Shown: positions 1-15,111 of the stretch, piece after piece | Numbering within the stretch: position 1 is the stretch's first letter | Layout: each line of letters starts with the position of its first letter | Assembly (NCBI GenBank): GCA_951406725.2 | Contig: OX597816.1 | Span: 79,794,001 to 79,858,000 of the forward strand | Length of the DNA stretch: 64,000 bases | DNA from: Octopus vulgaris | Lineage: Eukaryota | Direction: 5' to 3' | Notes under the pieces: generated by a model | What the model was told of the DNA's origin: nothing | Seen by the model: the letters and a program-made list of their open reading frames with translations, nothing else | The model's database searches: none | Program-made: the position numbers and the translations under genes

Positions 1-309
1 TACGTCTTATTTTTTTAAGTCGGTGTCGTTTAAGGGGAATATAGCTGTTATTTCTTGTAAATTTAGTGAATATTTTATGGTACAAATGGTAATCTCTCCA
101 AAAACAGGATTATGAAGTAAAACATTCAGTTTGATACTTATGCAAAATAGATTGTTGGACAAAATGACATTCTATAACATGATTTTTTATTCTGTAAATT
201 AATAGAAATTAACAATACATAAACACACACTCACACACGCACACACACATGCAAGAAAAATTATAACCTACGCATGCAGGCACAAATATTACAGACACAC
301 ACAAAGACA

Positions 310-963
<654 letters not shown>

Positions 964-1265
964 AGAAAAGAGGGTGAGGGACATGAAATGGACAGAAAGG
1001 AATGGATATTAATATACATATATGCATATGTTGCATATATATTTATGCATAGTAATTTGTACACCTTTCTATTTATCTCTCTCTGTCTGTTTTTCTTTCT
1101 CTTACGAATAAATACAAAGCAAAAGGAATATACTGGTATGGTATATATATATATATGTAATAAATAACTTGAGTTTCAGCCACGGGATTTGAGATGAAAC
1201 TCTTGCCAAATGCGTATCACTAACTTACTAGACAGCCATGTAGGTATGTATATCTGCCTTCTTAG

Positions 1266-1305
<40 letters not shown>

Positions 1306-3845
1306 GTGTGTGTATGTACATGAGTGTGTGTGTGTGTATGGTGAATGAGAAACAGCAAGAAAAACGACCAGTGGGACAAGTTTTCAGAAAGTTCTTCTTA
1401 CTCTCACGTTTGAACAGAAAAGGAGAAGAGGTTTTTGACATTTCGGACATTAGATTCCTTCATTAGGAAAGAGAATGGAAGAATGCGTGGGTGGAAAAAA
1501 AGGGAGGAAGCGAAAGAAGGAAGAAATAATGAAATACAGAACAAGAAGTACTTGCGGATTGAGTGAAAATGTTGATCTATGGGGAGGAGTTAAGAAGAGA
1601 TGAAGAGGCAGTGTGATGTGTGCATATATATGAGAGTATTTGTGTAAGGTGTTGGGTATAAGGATATGTTTGTAAGTGGAGTAGAGTGCAGATGGTTAGC
1701 TGGGGATGAGTAGGCTTAAGTGGGAGGCATGGAAAAAGGGGAAAAACAGGGACGAAAAAGGTGTCGTTGGAGACAAGATATGTACAAGATCAAAGGAATT
1801 TTTACAAAGTCGAAAATATAAGTGGAAAATTAAATAGATTAGGCATATTTATACATATATACATACATGCACATATATACATACATACGCGCAAATACAC
1901 ACACTCAAACACACACGCGCACACACACACACTTATCTATATATACACACACATACATATATACACGCAACACATGCACATACCTATATGTAAACATATG
2001 TAAATCTAATAGTTTCTGTATATCGTTCTTGTATTTGTTTTGTGGGATTCTAATTCTCTCAAGCACACTTTTCCACACACATATGTGAATATATATGTTG
2101 ATATGTATATGTGTACAGCTGCATACACACATACATATATGTGTACAGACGCATATACACAGAAGCACTTATATATGTACATGCTTAAGGCCCAACTGTC
2201 CACGATTCTTGTAAAAATGAGTGTATAGTATATTTGCCCATAAATTAAAAATGAAATAACTGTAATATTCACGTTGATAATATCTATGTCAAACACACAC
2301 ACACAGTCCACGCAACCTGCGAGTCATATGCTCTCTCGTTAGATTACTTTATAACCTATTATAAACACATCACCATCACGTGTAAAGTAATGCTTCATGA
2401 GAGACATTAATTTCCAATACATGTAATATCTAATATAATGTAATATACATGCTGCATATATTACATTACATTTCTTTTTTATGTAGTAATGAGTAATATC
2501 TGAAAATTTTGCATGATATCATAATAAAATTCCTTCTCCTTTTGACACAAGCACAGCAATTTTATGGAGCTGGAGAGTCGATTATATCGACTCTAGTGCT
2601 CAACTATCGACCTCCGAAATAATGAAAGGCAAAACTGATCTCGGTGGCATTTGAACTTACATCTCAAAGCTGAAAGAAATACTGATAAATATTTAGCACA
2701 GGATCGGCAAATTGAGTGGAGAAGGTAGTCGATTCACTAGTACTTCATTTTATTTAATCCCGAACGGACGAAAGTCGACGTCGGCGGGATTTGAGGTCAA
2801 CAGAAATGTCGCAAATCATTTTACTGACGCACCAACGATTCTGTCAACACGCCGCCTTTCCATAGCAGTGATAATGATAATGATAATAACAATAATGATA
2901 AAAAGTGCAAATACGTTGAGCGCAATATAAAGGCGATAAACACGAAAAGAGAAAATAAGAAAGATTGGGGGATTAAAATCGAGCAAAACGTTGAGCAACA
3001 ATAACGATTAAAAACTTTAAAATAATAGTAGAACATGAGATAGGAACAAGGAAAGGATTCCTAAGTTGAGGGGAAAAAACATATTGAGGGTTTCGAAGTA
3101 TCCCACACAACACTGTGTGTGCCTTTTACCAATTCTTGTTATTATCCTGCAGCTGTATAGTTAGAGTGCGTCCGTTTAGCTGGACCAGTTTTGCCACAAA
3201 TTTTTCACAAAATTTACTGGAGGGCTGCACCTGCCTCTTTCTTTTATTTACCTTTACAGTTATTATTTGAAGATGCTGATGAAGGTGTGGTTGAAAGGTA
3301 AATATCTGTTCTTAGATCTTTCGACATTGTCGCCGTACTTCCTTTGCTAAAGCCAACATACAAAGAAACAGTATCTACTCTCCATTGTAATTCTATCTTC
3401 AGGATAGACACAGCTGATAGCTGCCTCCTTCCTGTTCGTAATAAAAAATCTTGGATATAAACCACAAATCAGCAATGCCTATACAGTGGAAGAACGCGTG
3501 TTACACCTTTTCGTCAATTTGTGTGCAATTCATCAAAGTGTTCGCTCTGATAGGGATCTGCACGTAAATTTTAAATGGATCAGCTGCTGTTTCCCTTACT
3601 AAACTATCAGAACAAAGATTATCCATAATGGTCCATAATTCCTGAGATAAAAATCCTCAAAGAAAGACTACTCAGACTGTACTCGTCAATACCCAGAATA
3701 GTTACGAGGCCAACGTTGTACTAACCCTCAGTCGAATGTGAAAGTTGGATTTTTCCCATACATACATGGGACAGCTAATAGAGTGCAATAAGCGTCCGGC
3801 AACAACAACAACAACGACAACAACAACAACAACATCAACAACGAC

Positions 3846-3909
<64 letters not shown>

Positions 3910-3911
<2 letters not shown>

Positions 3912-4160
3912 CATAGTAGGTGCATTAGGCATGATAAAAAAATATTCAGACAAATACATAACAAAAACACCAGGGCTTACAAACACATATAACATACAGA
4001 AAATTGCACTACTAGGCACTGCACACATCCTACGCAGAACACTTTCCATACAATAACCATCAGAGCATCACAACAAATCACAGCACATACCAAAGGCACA
4101 CAGAGCTGCGCTCGGTAGTGAAGTGAAAGCACGCTATAAAAATAAAAATAAAACTACTGA
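3910..4160 (+). mobile_element. 3' end of an R4/Dong-like RLE non-LTR retrotransposon in (TAA)n
   Basis: IIVGALGMIKKYSDKYITKTPGLTNTYNIQKIALLGTAHILRRTLSIQ* followed by a 3' UTR, with (TAA)n on both sides. Confidence 0.8.
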
Positions 4161-4187
4161 ATAATAATAATAATGATGATGATGATA

Positions 4188-4280
<93 letters not shown>

Positions 4281-4282
<2 letters not shown>

Positions 4283-4842
4283 CCCATTCCCTGATGCAGT
4301 ACCAGGCAGCGGCTCTCATGGCTTCTGATCTTAACTGACTGGAAGTGTTATCATGTACATTGTTTTCTCTTGGTATAAAAGATGGACTACAGCAAATATT
4401 CTGCTCAATACCACAGATTTGTTTGTCAGTTGTTTGACCGTAACCAGTTGAGCATGTCCCTTAGTGGTTGACGATATGTGCATCTCTGATCACATGTAGA
4501 AGTAGTGGGGGAGCATCATAGCCATGTGTTGAGAGGGAGTCTTTGGGGTTTGAATGATTCACCTCTGGAAACATGGGTGTTTCATTCAACATCCTTAAAC
4601 AACCCTTAATCAGGGACCTTTTGAGTGGGATGGGTTACTCAACCAGAAGAAAATTCTAACTGGGCCCCACCCGCAAGGTCATGCGCTGTTTATCTTGTTA
4701 TGAGATGACCATGTCGCGCACATATGGTTGTGATGCATGTGCCTGGTGTACCCTTATCAGACGGGTAGTCATGATCGGTATACTGGGCTTCGTATATTTG
4801 TACCCCAGTGCCACTTTGATGGCATGCACTGCTCTCTCACTC
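4281..4842 (+). mobile_element. Unclassified (TAA)n-associated interspersed element
   Basis: Flanked by (TAA)n. Its 3' end (CACTTTGATGGCATGCACTGCTCTCTCACTC-AATAAT) recurs reversed at 24229-24276 in another TAA array. Confidence 0.6.
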
Positions 4843-4902
4843 AATAATAATAATAAAAAATGAAAAAAAAAAATGATAATAATAATAATAATAATAATAA
4901 TA

Positions 4903-6470
4903 AGTTCAGTAGGTGTCATAAATTGATTGCAAAGCAGTTTGACGCATTAATTGATGGAGCAGAAATTTCAGGGTGGTTGAGCAAAGGACGAACGGTGATA
5001 TGCTTGACGGATGTATCGAAAGGAATTACTGCCGATAATAACAGATCAATTTCATGCTTTCTGTTAATGTGGAAGTTACTGCCAGACGAGATGTACATAA
5101 GAAATGTACAAATTTCTTAATGTACAAATTTAGAAATGTACAAATTTCTTAATGATAATATCATTTTACCAATGGAACAAAAGGGTGGTAGGAGGAAATT
5201 CAAAGGTACTAAAAACCAATATTGATAGCTGAAATGGTCAAGTAAGATTGTAAGCAAAGGAGGACAAATTTGGGAATGAACTGGATTGATTAACGCATAG
5301 CTTATATGATTCCACATTTGTGGATCATTGAGTGCTTAGATATGTTTAGAATTGTAAGAGAAGTATGGTGGGTTGAAAAACTGAATTTACATCGTATGGA
5401 TAAAGCTTTGCTAATCTGAGCATCAAGAGAGTGATTTTCCAAGGAGGTAGCTTGCTCTCTCTGATTTTGGTGCGGAGGAAAATGAACCTGGGATATCAGT
5501 TCTAGGAAAAAATGCAGAATCAACTACTTCCTCTTCATGGATGATTTGTAGCTGCATGGTAAGGATGAGGTATAGGTGAGTTTCTTGGTAAATACGATCC
5601 ACTGTATTAGTGCTGATATTAAGATGGAATTTGGACACAAGAGGTGTGGCGTAATGGGTCTTGGAAGAGGTGAGGTACAGTCCCTGTCAGGGATAGAATG
5701 ATCAAATAAGGAATTAATGAAACTAATTGAAAAGGAAAGCTATAAGTATATTGGCATACTAGAATTCAATGAAATCATGAAGAAGGAAATTAAAGAACAA
5801 CTGAAGAAAGATTATTTCTGAAGACAACGATTGGTGCTGTGCTCAAAATTGATTGGATGGAATAAAATACAAGCTGTAAATACATGGGCGATAGCTTCAC
5901 TTAGCAATGGAGTTGAAATCATAACCTGACAAAAGAATGAGCTCATGAGTATGGATACGAAGAAACGGAAATTATTGACACTAAAAGCGACACTGATCAG
6001 TTACGCGTGTCCAGAAGAAAAGCTAGGAGAGGTTTGATCAGTTGTCAGGAATGTGTAGAAGCAGAGGAAACCAGTTCGGTATAGTATGTAAAAATGCTGT
6101 GGAACCATTTGTTGAAAGCATGTGAAGTCTGCCATCATTAAAACTGATAACTGTATTGGGAAAGAGAAATATAAAGAGGTAAAAATCACAAAAAAATTAG
6201 CACAACATGAATACAAAAGGTGACATGACAATTTAGCAAGAATGACCCATTGGGAGTTTCATGGAAATTAGTGTCCAAGAAGATCAAAGACGTGCTATGA
6301 CCAAATCTCAGAAGAAGTTATTGAGAATGAAGATTGCAAAATCCTGTGGGATGCATTGATTCACCGTGACCATCAGATTAAACACTGAAAGCTTGACATT
6401 GTTATAGCGAACAAAAAAAAATACATGCTTGATAATTGACAAAACATGTCCTGGTGACAGCAGGATTAGT
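4903..6470 (+). pseudogene. Decayed R4/Dong-clade reverse transcriptase-RLE ORF (5'-truncated)
   Basis: Broken-frame peptides WLSKGRTVIC, NRSISCFLLMWKLL, LPMEQKG, IPHLWIIECLDMF, IFQGGSL, YKYIGILE, NKIQAVNTWA, KILWD and LDIVI, with many stops and frameshifts. It starts right after (TAA)n. Confidence 0.85.
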
Positions 6471-7620
6471 CATAACCGAATACCCTCCCATTGGGTTACA
6501 GATTTCGGAAATCAAATCCGTTTTTCACGAGAACATATACACATACACACACGTACACTCTCATTTATTTAGAAGGTACACGCACGCACACGCACACAAA
6601 CGCGCACACGCATACACACATATAAGCACATAAACGTACACATATATTTATATACATACAAGCATAAAAAACTTTACCTATCTATCTATATACACTCACA
6701 GACACACAGACACACACACGCACATATATACAGACACACTTATGCGCGTATGCTTGCATATGTGTGTGTGTGTATGTGAGAGAGAGAGAGAGAGAGTACG
6801 TGTGCGTATGAGTCTGCCTATCTGTATGAATTACCCTTTATCATTTTGGAACGAATAAAAATGCATTAAATTTCCAGTACCAGTGTATTTTACATAAATT
6901 TTACGGGAATATATATACAAACACACGTTACATTTTATCTTAAATAGAAAGCCAATAAATCCATGGGCTGAGATTATAAAATGAAAAATATATTGTCATC
7001 ATTTTAAAGAACACAAGTAACGTTTTCATTCGTTTCATATTGTCACATACCATCCATAGACTCCCGACCAACTGAAGCCGATGTCAAGTACATATAGCCT
7101 CTGCTGAACATTGCATTTAATACATGCATACATACATACATACATACATACATACATACATGCATACATACATACATACATACATACATACATACATGCA
7201 TACATACATACATACATACATACATACATACATACATACATACATACATACATACATACATACATACATACGTACATATCTGCATACATACATACATACA
7301 TACATAGGCGGATATGTGAGTGTGTGTGTGCGTATGTGTTTGTGTGTAGTTGTGAGTGTGTACGTATATATACACGCACACACAGTGGAATGCACAGATT
7401 TACAGAGGTGCAAACAGACATAGATATGTCTATTTGCGTGTGTATAAATAAGTGTATTAATAAGTTTGAATATAAGTATATGTACATGTGTGTGCATGAG
7501 TTTGAGTGTATATATATATATATAAATATATATATATATAAATACACACACAGACGCACACACACATAGACGCACACACACACAGACGCACACACACACA
7601 CAGGCGCACACACACAGACG

Positions 7621-7656
<36 letters not shown>

Positions 7657-7662
7657 ATCAAA

Positions 7663-8152
7663 AACTAAGCTGATAAAGAAATAAACCATTATCTAATGAA
7701 CTTCATTAGCTCACAGCTGTTTCTCCTATATGATGCAATGGAATCATAGTCGACTGCCTGAGTATCAGCTTATAGCTTCATCAGAGCCTCAAACATGAAG
7801 TGCAATTTATTTGGGAAAACATTGACAATTATATTTGTACACAGAAAGGCAACCGATGAGAAAACATACAAGCATGTAGGGAAAGAATGCCAAGAGTTCC
7901 TTCCATAATCAGAGCATAATTAAAAATTAATCTTATTCTGATTATAGGAGGAGAGGAACTCCTGGCTTCCTTTCCCAACATATCTGAATATTTTCTCATT
8001 GGTTGCTTTTTTGTGTATGCGCAGAAATGTAAACGTTTCCCATATAAATTGCACTTCATGTTTGAAGCTCCGATAAAACTTTAAAGTGATATTCAGGCAC
8101 TCAACTATGATTTCACTGTAGAATAACTGTTTATTCCTTTGTCAACTCAATT
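7663..8152. repeat. Long imperfect palindrome with a degenerate hammerhead in the left arm (Penelope-like foldback remnant)
   Basis: Arms are symmetric about ~7925 (e.g. CAAACATGAAGTGCAATTTAT / ATAAATTGCACTTCATGTTTG). Minus strand 7708-7787 reads GCT-CTGATGA...GAAACAGCTG-TG-AGC (GUG triplet, probably inactive). A decayed relative lies at about 46796-46930. Confidence 0.8.
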
Positions 8153-8401
8153 TCTTATAACCGTTCAGTACTCGACTAACGGTCCTTTCTGAAGTATATG
8201 TATATTGAGTTCTACATCAGGTTATTAGCATTGCAATTCCCAAGCGAAATATAAATATATATATATTATACCATTCTGCCTAAAAAATGGATCTATAAAT
8301 TCAATATCCCTACATATCTCACATCTATTTTCTTTCCTCCACCTCACTCTCTATTTTGTATCCTATCTAAATTAGTTATTACTTAAGCATCCTCTCACAC
8401 C

Positions 8402-8453
8402 GTCTCTGATGAATGGATATAACTAATAAATATCCTGGAAACAGCTGTAAGAC
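8402..8453 (+). ncRNA. Minimal type I hammerhead (Penelope-like remnant)
   Basis: GTCT-CTGATGA-atGGATAT..ATATCCtg-GAAA-CAGCTG-TA-AGAC, with palindromic stem III ACAGCTGT. A homologue with a mutated core (CTGGTGA) lies at 37173-37220. Confidence 0.65.
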
Positions 8454-9519
8454 CATCTATCTATAAATGTTCTAATATCTACACAGACTTGGTTTTTTTA
8501 TCTCATTACGCAAAAAATTATCATATATATATATATATATATATATAACTTCTACTTATATGCTTTATGTATTTAAATAATCAAATAATTAGACTTATAT
8601 TTTCATCGATAGAAAACTATAGTGAACTTCGTTTTAGATACTCACGGAAAAACACAGAGACGACCATACATAAATACTTTGCGTTTAAAGGCAATTTTTC
8701 AAATTTATTCGCTAACTTTTTTTATAGAGCAAATATTTATCATGCACTATTCCAAACATCAGCGATAGTCTTTGAACATTCAACTGTTTATTAAAAAGCA
8801 CTTATAAACTTCGAGAGAAAATACGATAAGCCGTTTTTAATAGAGTGGATCTTGAAGCAGAGAAAACTATAAATAATAAATAGCCCATGGGCAGCCTTCA
8901 AGTTTTTCAACCCAACCGTTTTTTTAACTCAAAATATATATATACACTATAACTTATAGCTTTATCGCTTCACACAAACACACGCGCGTACACACACGCA
9001 GATATATGTATGTATATATATACATGTGTGTATGAAGCGATAAAGCTATAAATTATGTGTACACACACATACACACTCACATGTAGCATAGTGGTTAACC
9101 AAAATATGAACGATGTTGTAAGCACCAACCTGACATTGATTTGATTGACTAAACTAGTCAACGAGTAGCCCCAAGCATGACCATGGGCTAAACAGTAAAA
9201 CAAAAGTGAACGAGTAAAAGAATAGGAAATGACATAACGCTAAAGAAGATGAGCAGTAAATAAATAGAAGTTGCAAATTATTTCTTAACACAGAGAAGGT
9301 TAATTCCTAAGCGTGATTGGTAGAGTTAAGGAGAGAGATAGAAAAGGCAAAAGAAAAAAAAATCCAAAACGTTTAATATGTGTCTTCAGAAAACCTTTTA
9401 AAAGAACAACAGAAGAATACAAATAAGCTTCTGTATCCACACACGTGTATGCGTGTGCAGGTTTATTTACATAGGCAGATATATAAACATGTACATCTAT
9501 CTATCTATCTATCTATTGG

Positions 9520-9563
<44 letters not shown>

Positions 9564-9582
9564 TTGTATTATATATATATAT

Positions 9583-10037
<455 letters not shown>

Positions 10038-10099
10038 GTAGGTAATTTTGTATGCATATATGTACATATATGTTTGTATACACACACATATCATATACA

Positions 10100-11349
10100 T
10101 ACACGATGAGTAAATTGACGCCATTTTATATTTTTAATGTAGCGTATGCGCAATGCTTGTTTTTGATTTTGTCAACAACACACTATAATAAGGTCAGTTG
10201 GGCACCATCTGAGAGAAAAACAGCACTATGGCGCAATTCACTCTGCCAGAAATTTGGAAACAACATGCTGTACTGCTTAGCATTCGCGCTGTAAACTCCA
10301 ATATGGACATTCCAGAGTGTTTGTGTGCATGGGATTCGGAAAGAGTTGCCTGAATCTAATGGTGATTACGAAAGTATGGCAGCTCGGAAAACTCACTCTG
10401 ATCGTTCTCATAAGAACTCCTGAATTTGATGGTGAGATTAAGGCCATGCTTGACAACGATCCCTCCAAGTCAAGCAGGCCCATCACCAAGGACATATGGT
10501 GTCTGAGTTTCCTATCAGGCAGGTGGTGCATGAGGACATTCGGTATTCTTCATGCAAGATGGGAAAGGGCCAGTTTTTATCCCAAGCCATCAAGGCCTGC
10601 GCTACAAGGCTTTTAAACAAACTCGAGCATCCCATCAAACCGAACATGTTTTAGTTTTTCCTCAGACGAGAAAAATTCCTGCCAGGATGAGATGGTGGAC
10701 AGACGGAACAACTCTCGGCTTGCCATGTCCCCAAAACATGCACTGAGATCGATAAAGATTAAACATCCATTCAACATCATGGTGTTTAGAGTGATTACTA
10801 GTGATGTCAACGTTATACTTCCACATGGCCTCAGACCCAACATGGAGGTCTACATCTAGTGCCTAGAAGGGGTAGTGCTGCCCTGGGAGAAAAGTGTGGC
10901 TGCTGGAAGACCTTATGTCCGGCACCAGGGCTCTTCACCATGCCACACAAGCAGGAGAACCCAATCATGGCTGTCAGACAATTTCTGCGACCACATCACC
11001 CCCTAACATCTGGCCACCTAACTCCCCAAACTGTAACCCCTTCATTATTATGTGTGGGGCGCAGTTCAGCGAGAGACCAACAAAACTCATTGTAACACCA
11101 AAGATGATCTGAAGGATTATGATAGCATTCACCAACTTAAACAAGGAGACCAACCAGAGGAGTTGCAGGAAATTCCGAAGTCATCTGGGGGACTTGGTTG
11201 AAGCTAATGGCAATTTTATTAAATAAATTTACTCTTTACTATTTCAAGATAGTTTTATGTAATTTTGGTAAATATATCTGTTGAAATGATATGCCAGTGT
11301 TATTTTCATTTTTGCGTACTTTATACGACAATTATTCATTGCACCCATA
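10100..11349 (+). mobile_element. Decayed DD37D/maT-like (Tc1/mariner) transposon
   Basis: Frame-broken IRTPEF..LDNDPSKS, FFSDEKN, KHPFNIMVF, PCHTSRRTQSWLSDNFCDHITPNIWPPNSPNCNP and YYVWGAV. Degenerate TIRs GATGAGTAAATTGACG / CGACAATTATTCATT. Confidence 0.85.
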
Positions 11350-11355
11350 GATATA

Positions 11356-11394
<39 letters not shown>

Positions 11395-11454
11395 TGAGGA
11401 TGATTATATCAGTAGCTAGCGTATAAAAAAAATAATTTTATATTAATTTCATAT

Positions 11455-11975
11455 CGGTAAAATTAATTTTTAAATACATAATTATAAAAATATAATTATA
11501 ATTGAGATCTTGGGAATGTGAGCGACTATACGCTAGAAATAGATATCAAATACCTACAATCCACTCTAAATTTGTTCTCTATTTATAACCCAAGGCCGGA
11601 TGCGAAGAAATGAGCAATAAGATTTACAAATTTCGGATAATCCTTTATCTTAAGATTTAGTGCTCTGCAATGAAGATTACTTTGAACTCCTCAGTGGGGA
11701 TAAACCGACAATATATAAGCGAAAAATACGTATACATGCCGAAAAACCTTTTGTCTACTGAGGAGTGCAAAGTAATCTTAAGATATATCTTAAGATATAG
11801 AATTATCCGAAATTTCTAAATCTTCTTGCTCATTTCATCGCATTCGGCCTTGGGTTATCAATAAGGAACAAATTTAGAGTAGATTGTAGGTACTTGACAT
11901 CTACTTCTAGCGTGTAGGCGCTGACTTTCCAGTGCCCTTAATAATAATTATATTTTTATAATTATGTTCTTAAAT
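11455..11975. repeat. Long imperfect palindrome between (TA)n tracts
   Basis: Arms of about 230 bp around ~11725, e.g. ATAACCCAAGGCCG/CGGCCTTGGGTTAT and ACTCTAAATTTGTTC/GAACAAATTTAGAGT. Confidence 0.85.
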
Positions 11976-12045
11976 ATATATATATATAGTATATGTTCAT
12001 AAGTCTATTTATGAATGTAGGTGGGTGTATATTCATATACATGGA

Positions 12046-12101
<56 letters not shown>

Positions 12102-12557
12102 TATATATGTATATATATATATATATATTTCTGTGTGTATGTGTGTCTTGTGCGTGTGCGTGTATGTGTGTGTGTGTGTGTGTGTCTCTGTGTGTGTCTG
12201 TGTGTGTGTCTGTGTGTTTGTATAGTTTTACTGTAAGGTGTCATTTTCATTGTGCTTTTCACCTCACATCTCCTTAAACTCTACTACATCCTGTAACAAA
12301 TAACTCATTTCTGCCACTCCAAAATTACATTCTTTTTATGCTTCCTCCCACCACGTTACTTCTATTTTATAATAAATATTTATTTTTATTCTTCATTTCG
12401 TTTCTATTTTAATACATATGTGTGTGTGGCTTCCTAAATATAGATTATATAACTCCATCTCTGTGGGTTTTCTTACCTTTGGCGCTTCATACTCTTTGTG
12501 TAAATAGAACTACTCTTAATCTAGGTGTGTGTGTGTATGTGTGTGTGTGTGTGTATA

Positions 12558-12598
<41 letters not shown>

Positions 12599-12967
12599 GC
12601 GCGCGCTTGTATAAGCGTGTTTTCATGATTGTGTGTATAGAATATGTTCACCCACGTATGCAATATATATGCATGCATCCTTGTGCATAGTTGCGCATAT
12701 CTTTGTATAAATAATATATATGCATGTACATAGTATATATTTTTGTGTATGCGTGTTTAGTAAACATATTTATGCGCGTGGTGCATGCATTATTTATAAC
12801 AAGCGCACGTGTAATTACATGAGTATGTACGCACAAACACATATGTTCGTATGTGTGCATATATATCTGCACACGCATATATATAGTCAAATATAGATAT
12901 ATATATAAGCACACCTATATATATACATATATCCACACATATGTACATATATATGTATATCAATATT

Positions 12968-13025
<58 letters not shown>

Positions 13026-13739
13026 TACATATACATATATATATATAAACACGTATGCGTATACATGTGTATATATATATATACACGTATGCATATGCAT
13101 ATGTGTATATATTTAGTTGAATGTGTCTGAGTCTTGGCTATCAAGCATTATGCTTGAATAAGTTATTCAGTACCCACTTGTACTGTACACAATAAACTTA
13201 TATACAAACATGTTTAGTATGTATATAAGAGTACGCATAAGCCTCATGCAAACGTACACGTACCTGCATAGGTTGAAACATGTCCTACGCTTGTATAAAC
13301 AATACATGTTTAAAATATATGACAAGATGTGTGTGTGTGTGTGTGTGTGCATGTGTGTGTGTACATGCATGCTTGTATATACATATTATACGCCCAACTC
13401 ACACAGAGATATATACATATACAAACATTCACTGATATATATGAATATAGATAGATGTGCGTATATGTGTATATGTATGATACTGTGTGTAATTACGTGT
13501 ATATACTCTTTTACTCTTTTACTTGTTTCAGTCATTTGACTGCGGCCATGCTGGAGCACCGCCTTTAGTCGAGCAACTCGACCCCGGGATTTATTCTTTG
13601 TAAGCCCAGTACTTATTCTATCGGTCTCTTTTGCCGAACTGCTAAGTTACGGGGACATAAACACAACAGCATCGGTTGCCAAGCAATGCTAGGGGGACAA
13701 ACACAGACACACAAACATACACGCACACATATATAGATA

Positions 13740-14375
13740 CTAGCAGTATCGCCCGGCGTTGCTCGGGTTTGTAAGGGAAATAACTATATAAGCATTTTTA
13801 GAGAGTTATAGCCAAAAAATAGCAAAAAATGCATTAAAAATGGAAAAAATATGATGGTAAATTTTTTAAAAATCGTTGACTCATCGTAGACATTTTTAGA
13901 GAGTTACTTCCCTTATATAATAGCGAAAAAATGCATTAAAATGGAAAAAAAACGATGGTAAATTTTTTTTAAAATCGTAGACTCATGTAGACGCTTTCTT
14001 AGCCATTTCTGTTTTGGTGTCTTCAAGCCATGAAGTCGTTGTTCTAAAAGAACACTGGTCTCCTTGACAACGCATTACGACGTTGATTTCCTTACACTCC
14101 CTTCCCCACAGGTGCAGGTGTGAGCGTGGACGCCAACTCCGCCGCCATCGACACACGAAAAATTATGCATTAAAATGGAATAAAAAATGATGTTAAATTA
14201 TTTTTAAAATCGTAGACTCATCGTAGACGCGCGCTAATATTCAGACGGGCTCGATATGAATCACGACTATAAGCTACCCGAATTTGGTTAAACTGTACCG
14301 CAAAATGTGGGAGTAGTTAGGAATCTAAATCGAAGGGGACAGACACTCACACAACTACAGTTTTATATATATAGA
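13740..14375 (-). mobile_element. Non-autonomous Helitron with internal repeated modules
   Basis: Minus strand A|TCTATATATATAAAA...CCCGAGCAACGCCGGGCGATACTGCTAG|T. It has three internal copies of an ATGCATTAAAA...GACTCAT(C)GTAGAC module. Confidence 0.85.
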
Positions 14376-14389
14376 TATACATAGCGCAG

Positions 14390-14750
14390 TAGTGGTGAGA
14401 TATGACAGCAAAGAAAAGCATACATTCACTCTCTGCATGCAATTAGACTGGGAAAGTTCGTGAGGAACCCATTGACCCAATTTGCTGACTTTTCCGATAG
14501 CACACAGGTGTCAATGAATGGTTGAATGACCAAATCCAAGCTTCTCTGCTAGTTCCTCAACAGTTACGATGATATTTTGTTCCACCAGGGTTTTCAGGAT
14601 GTCCTTGTCGAGTTCTACAGATCTTTCAGGATGAGGCTCGTCTTCTAGGCTGTAGTTTATGGCTCGGGATTTCTGGAACCACCATTGACACTGCCTTACG
14701 CTTATTGTCCAATCCCCATATACTGCATTAATATTTCTTGTACTTTGCAC
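14390..14750 (-). pseudogene. Mariner transposase N-terminal fragment
   Basis: RNINAVYG..QCQWWFQK..SLEDEPHPER..TVEELAEKLGFGHSTIH*..GKVSKLGQWVPHEL, containing the mariner WVPHEL motif. Confidence 0.9.
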
Positions 14751-15111
14751 ACATTTATATTCTGTTATTCTTTTATATGTTTCAGCCTTGAGGTTGTGGC
14801 CATGCTGGATCATGTGTGTGTGCGTGTGTGTCTATCTGTCTGTCTGTCTGTATGTATATATGTATATGTATGTGTGTGAACAATAATATTTTCAACAGAT
14901 GTGTTGCAAATGTATCTGATTGTTCTCAAGCTTCAATACTGTGTGTGTGTGTATGTGTGTGTGTATGTATGTATGTATATGTATGTATGTATGTATGTAT
15001 ATGTATGTATGTATGTGTGTGTGTGTATGTATGTGTGTGTGTATGTGTGTGTGTGTGTGTATGTATGTGTATATGTATGATACTGTGTGTAATTACGTGT
15101 ATATACTTTAT

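Noticed and set aside
11758-11820. Hammerhead in the 11455-11975 palindrome (CTGAGGA...GAAA in both arms)
   Set aside because: The core boxes are present but I could not form stem I, so it is kept only as a palindrome.
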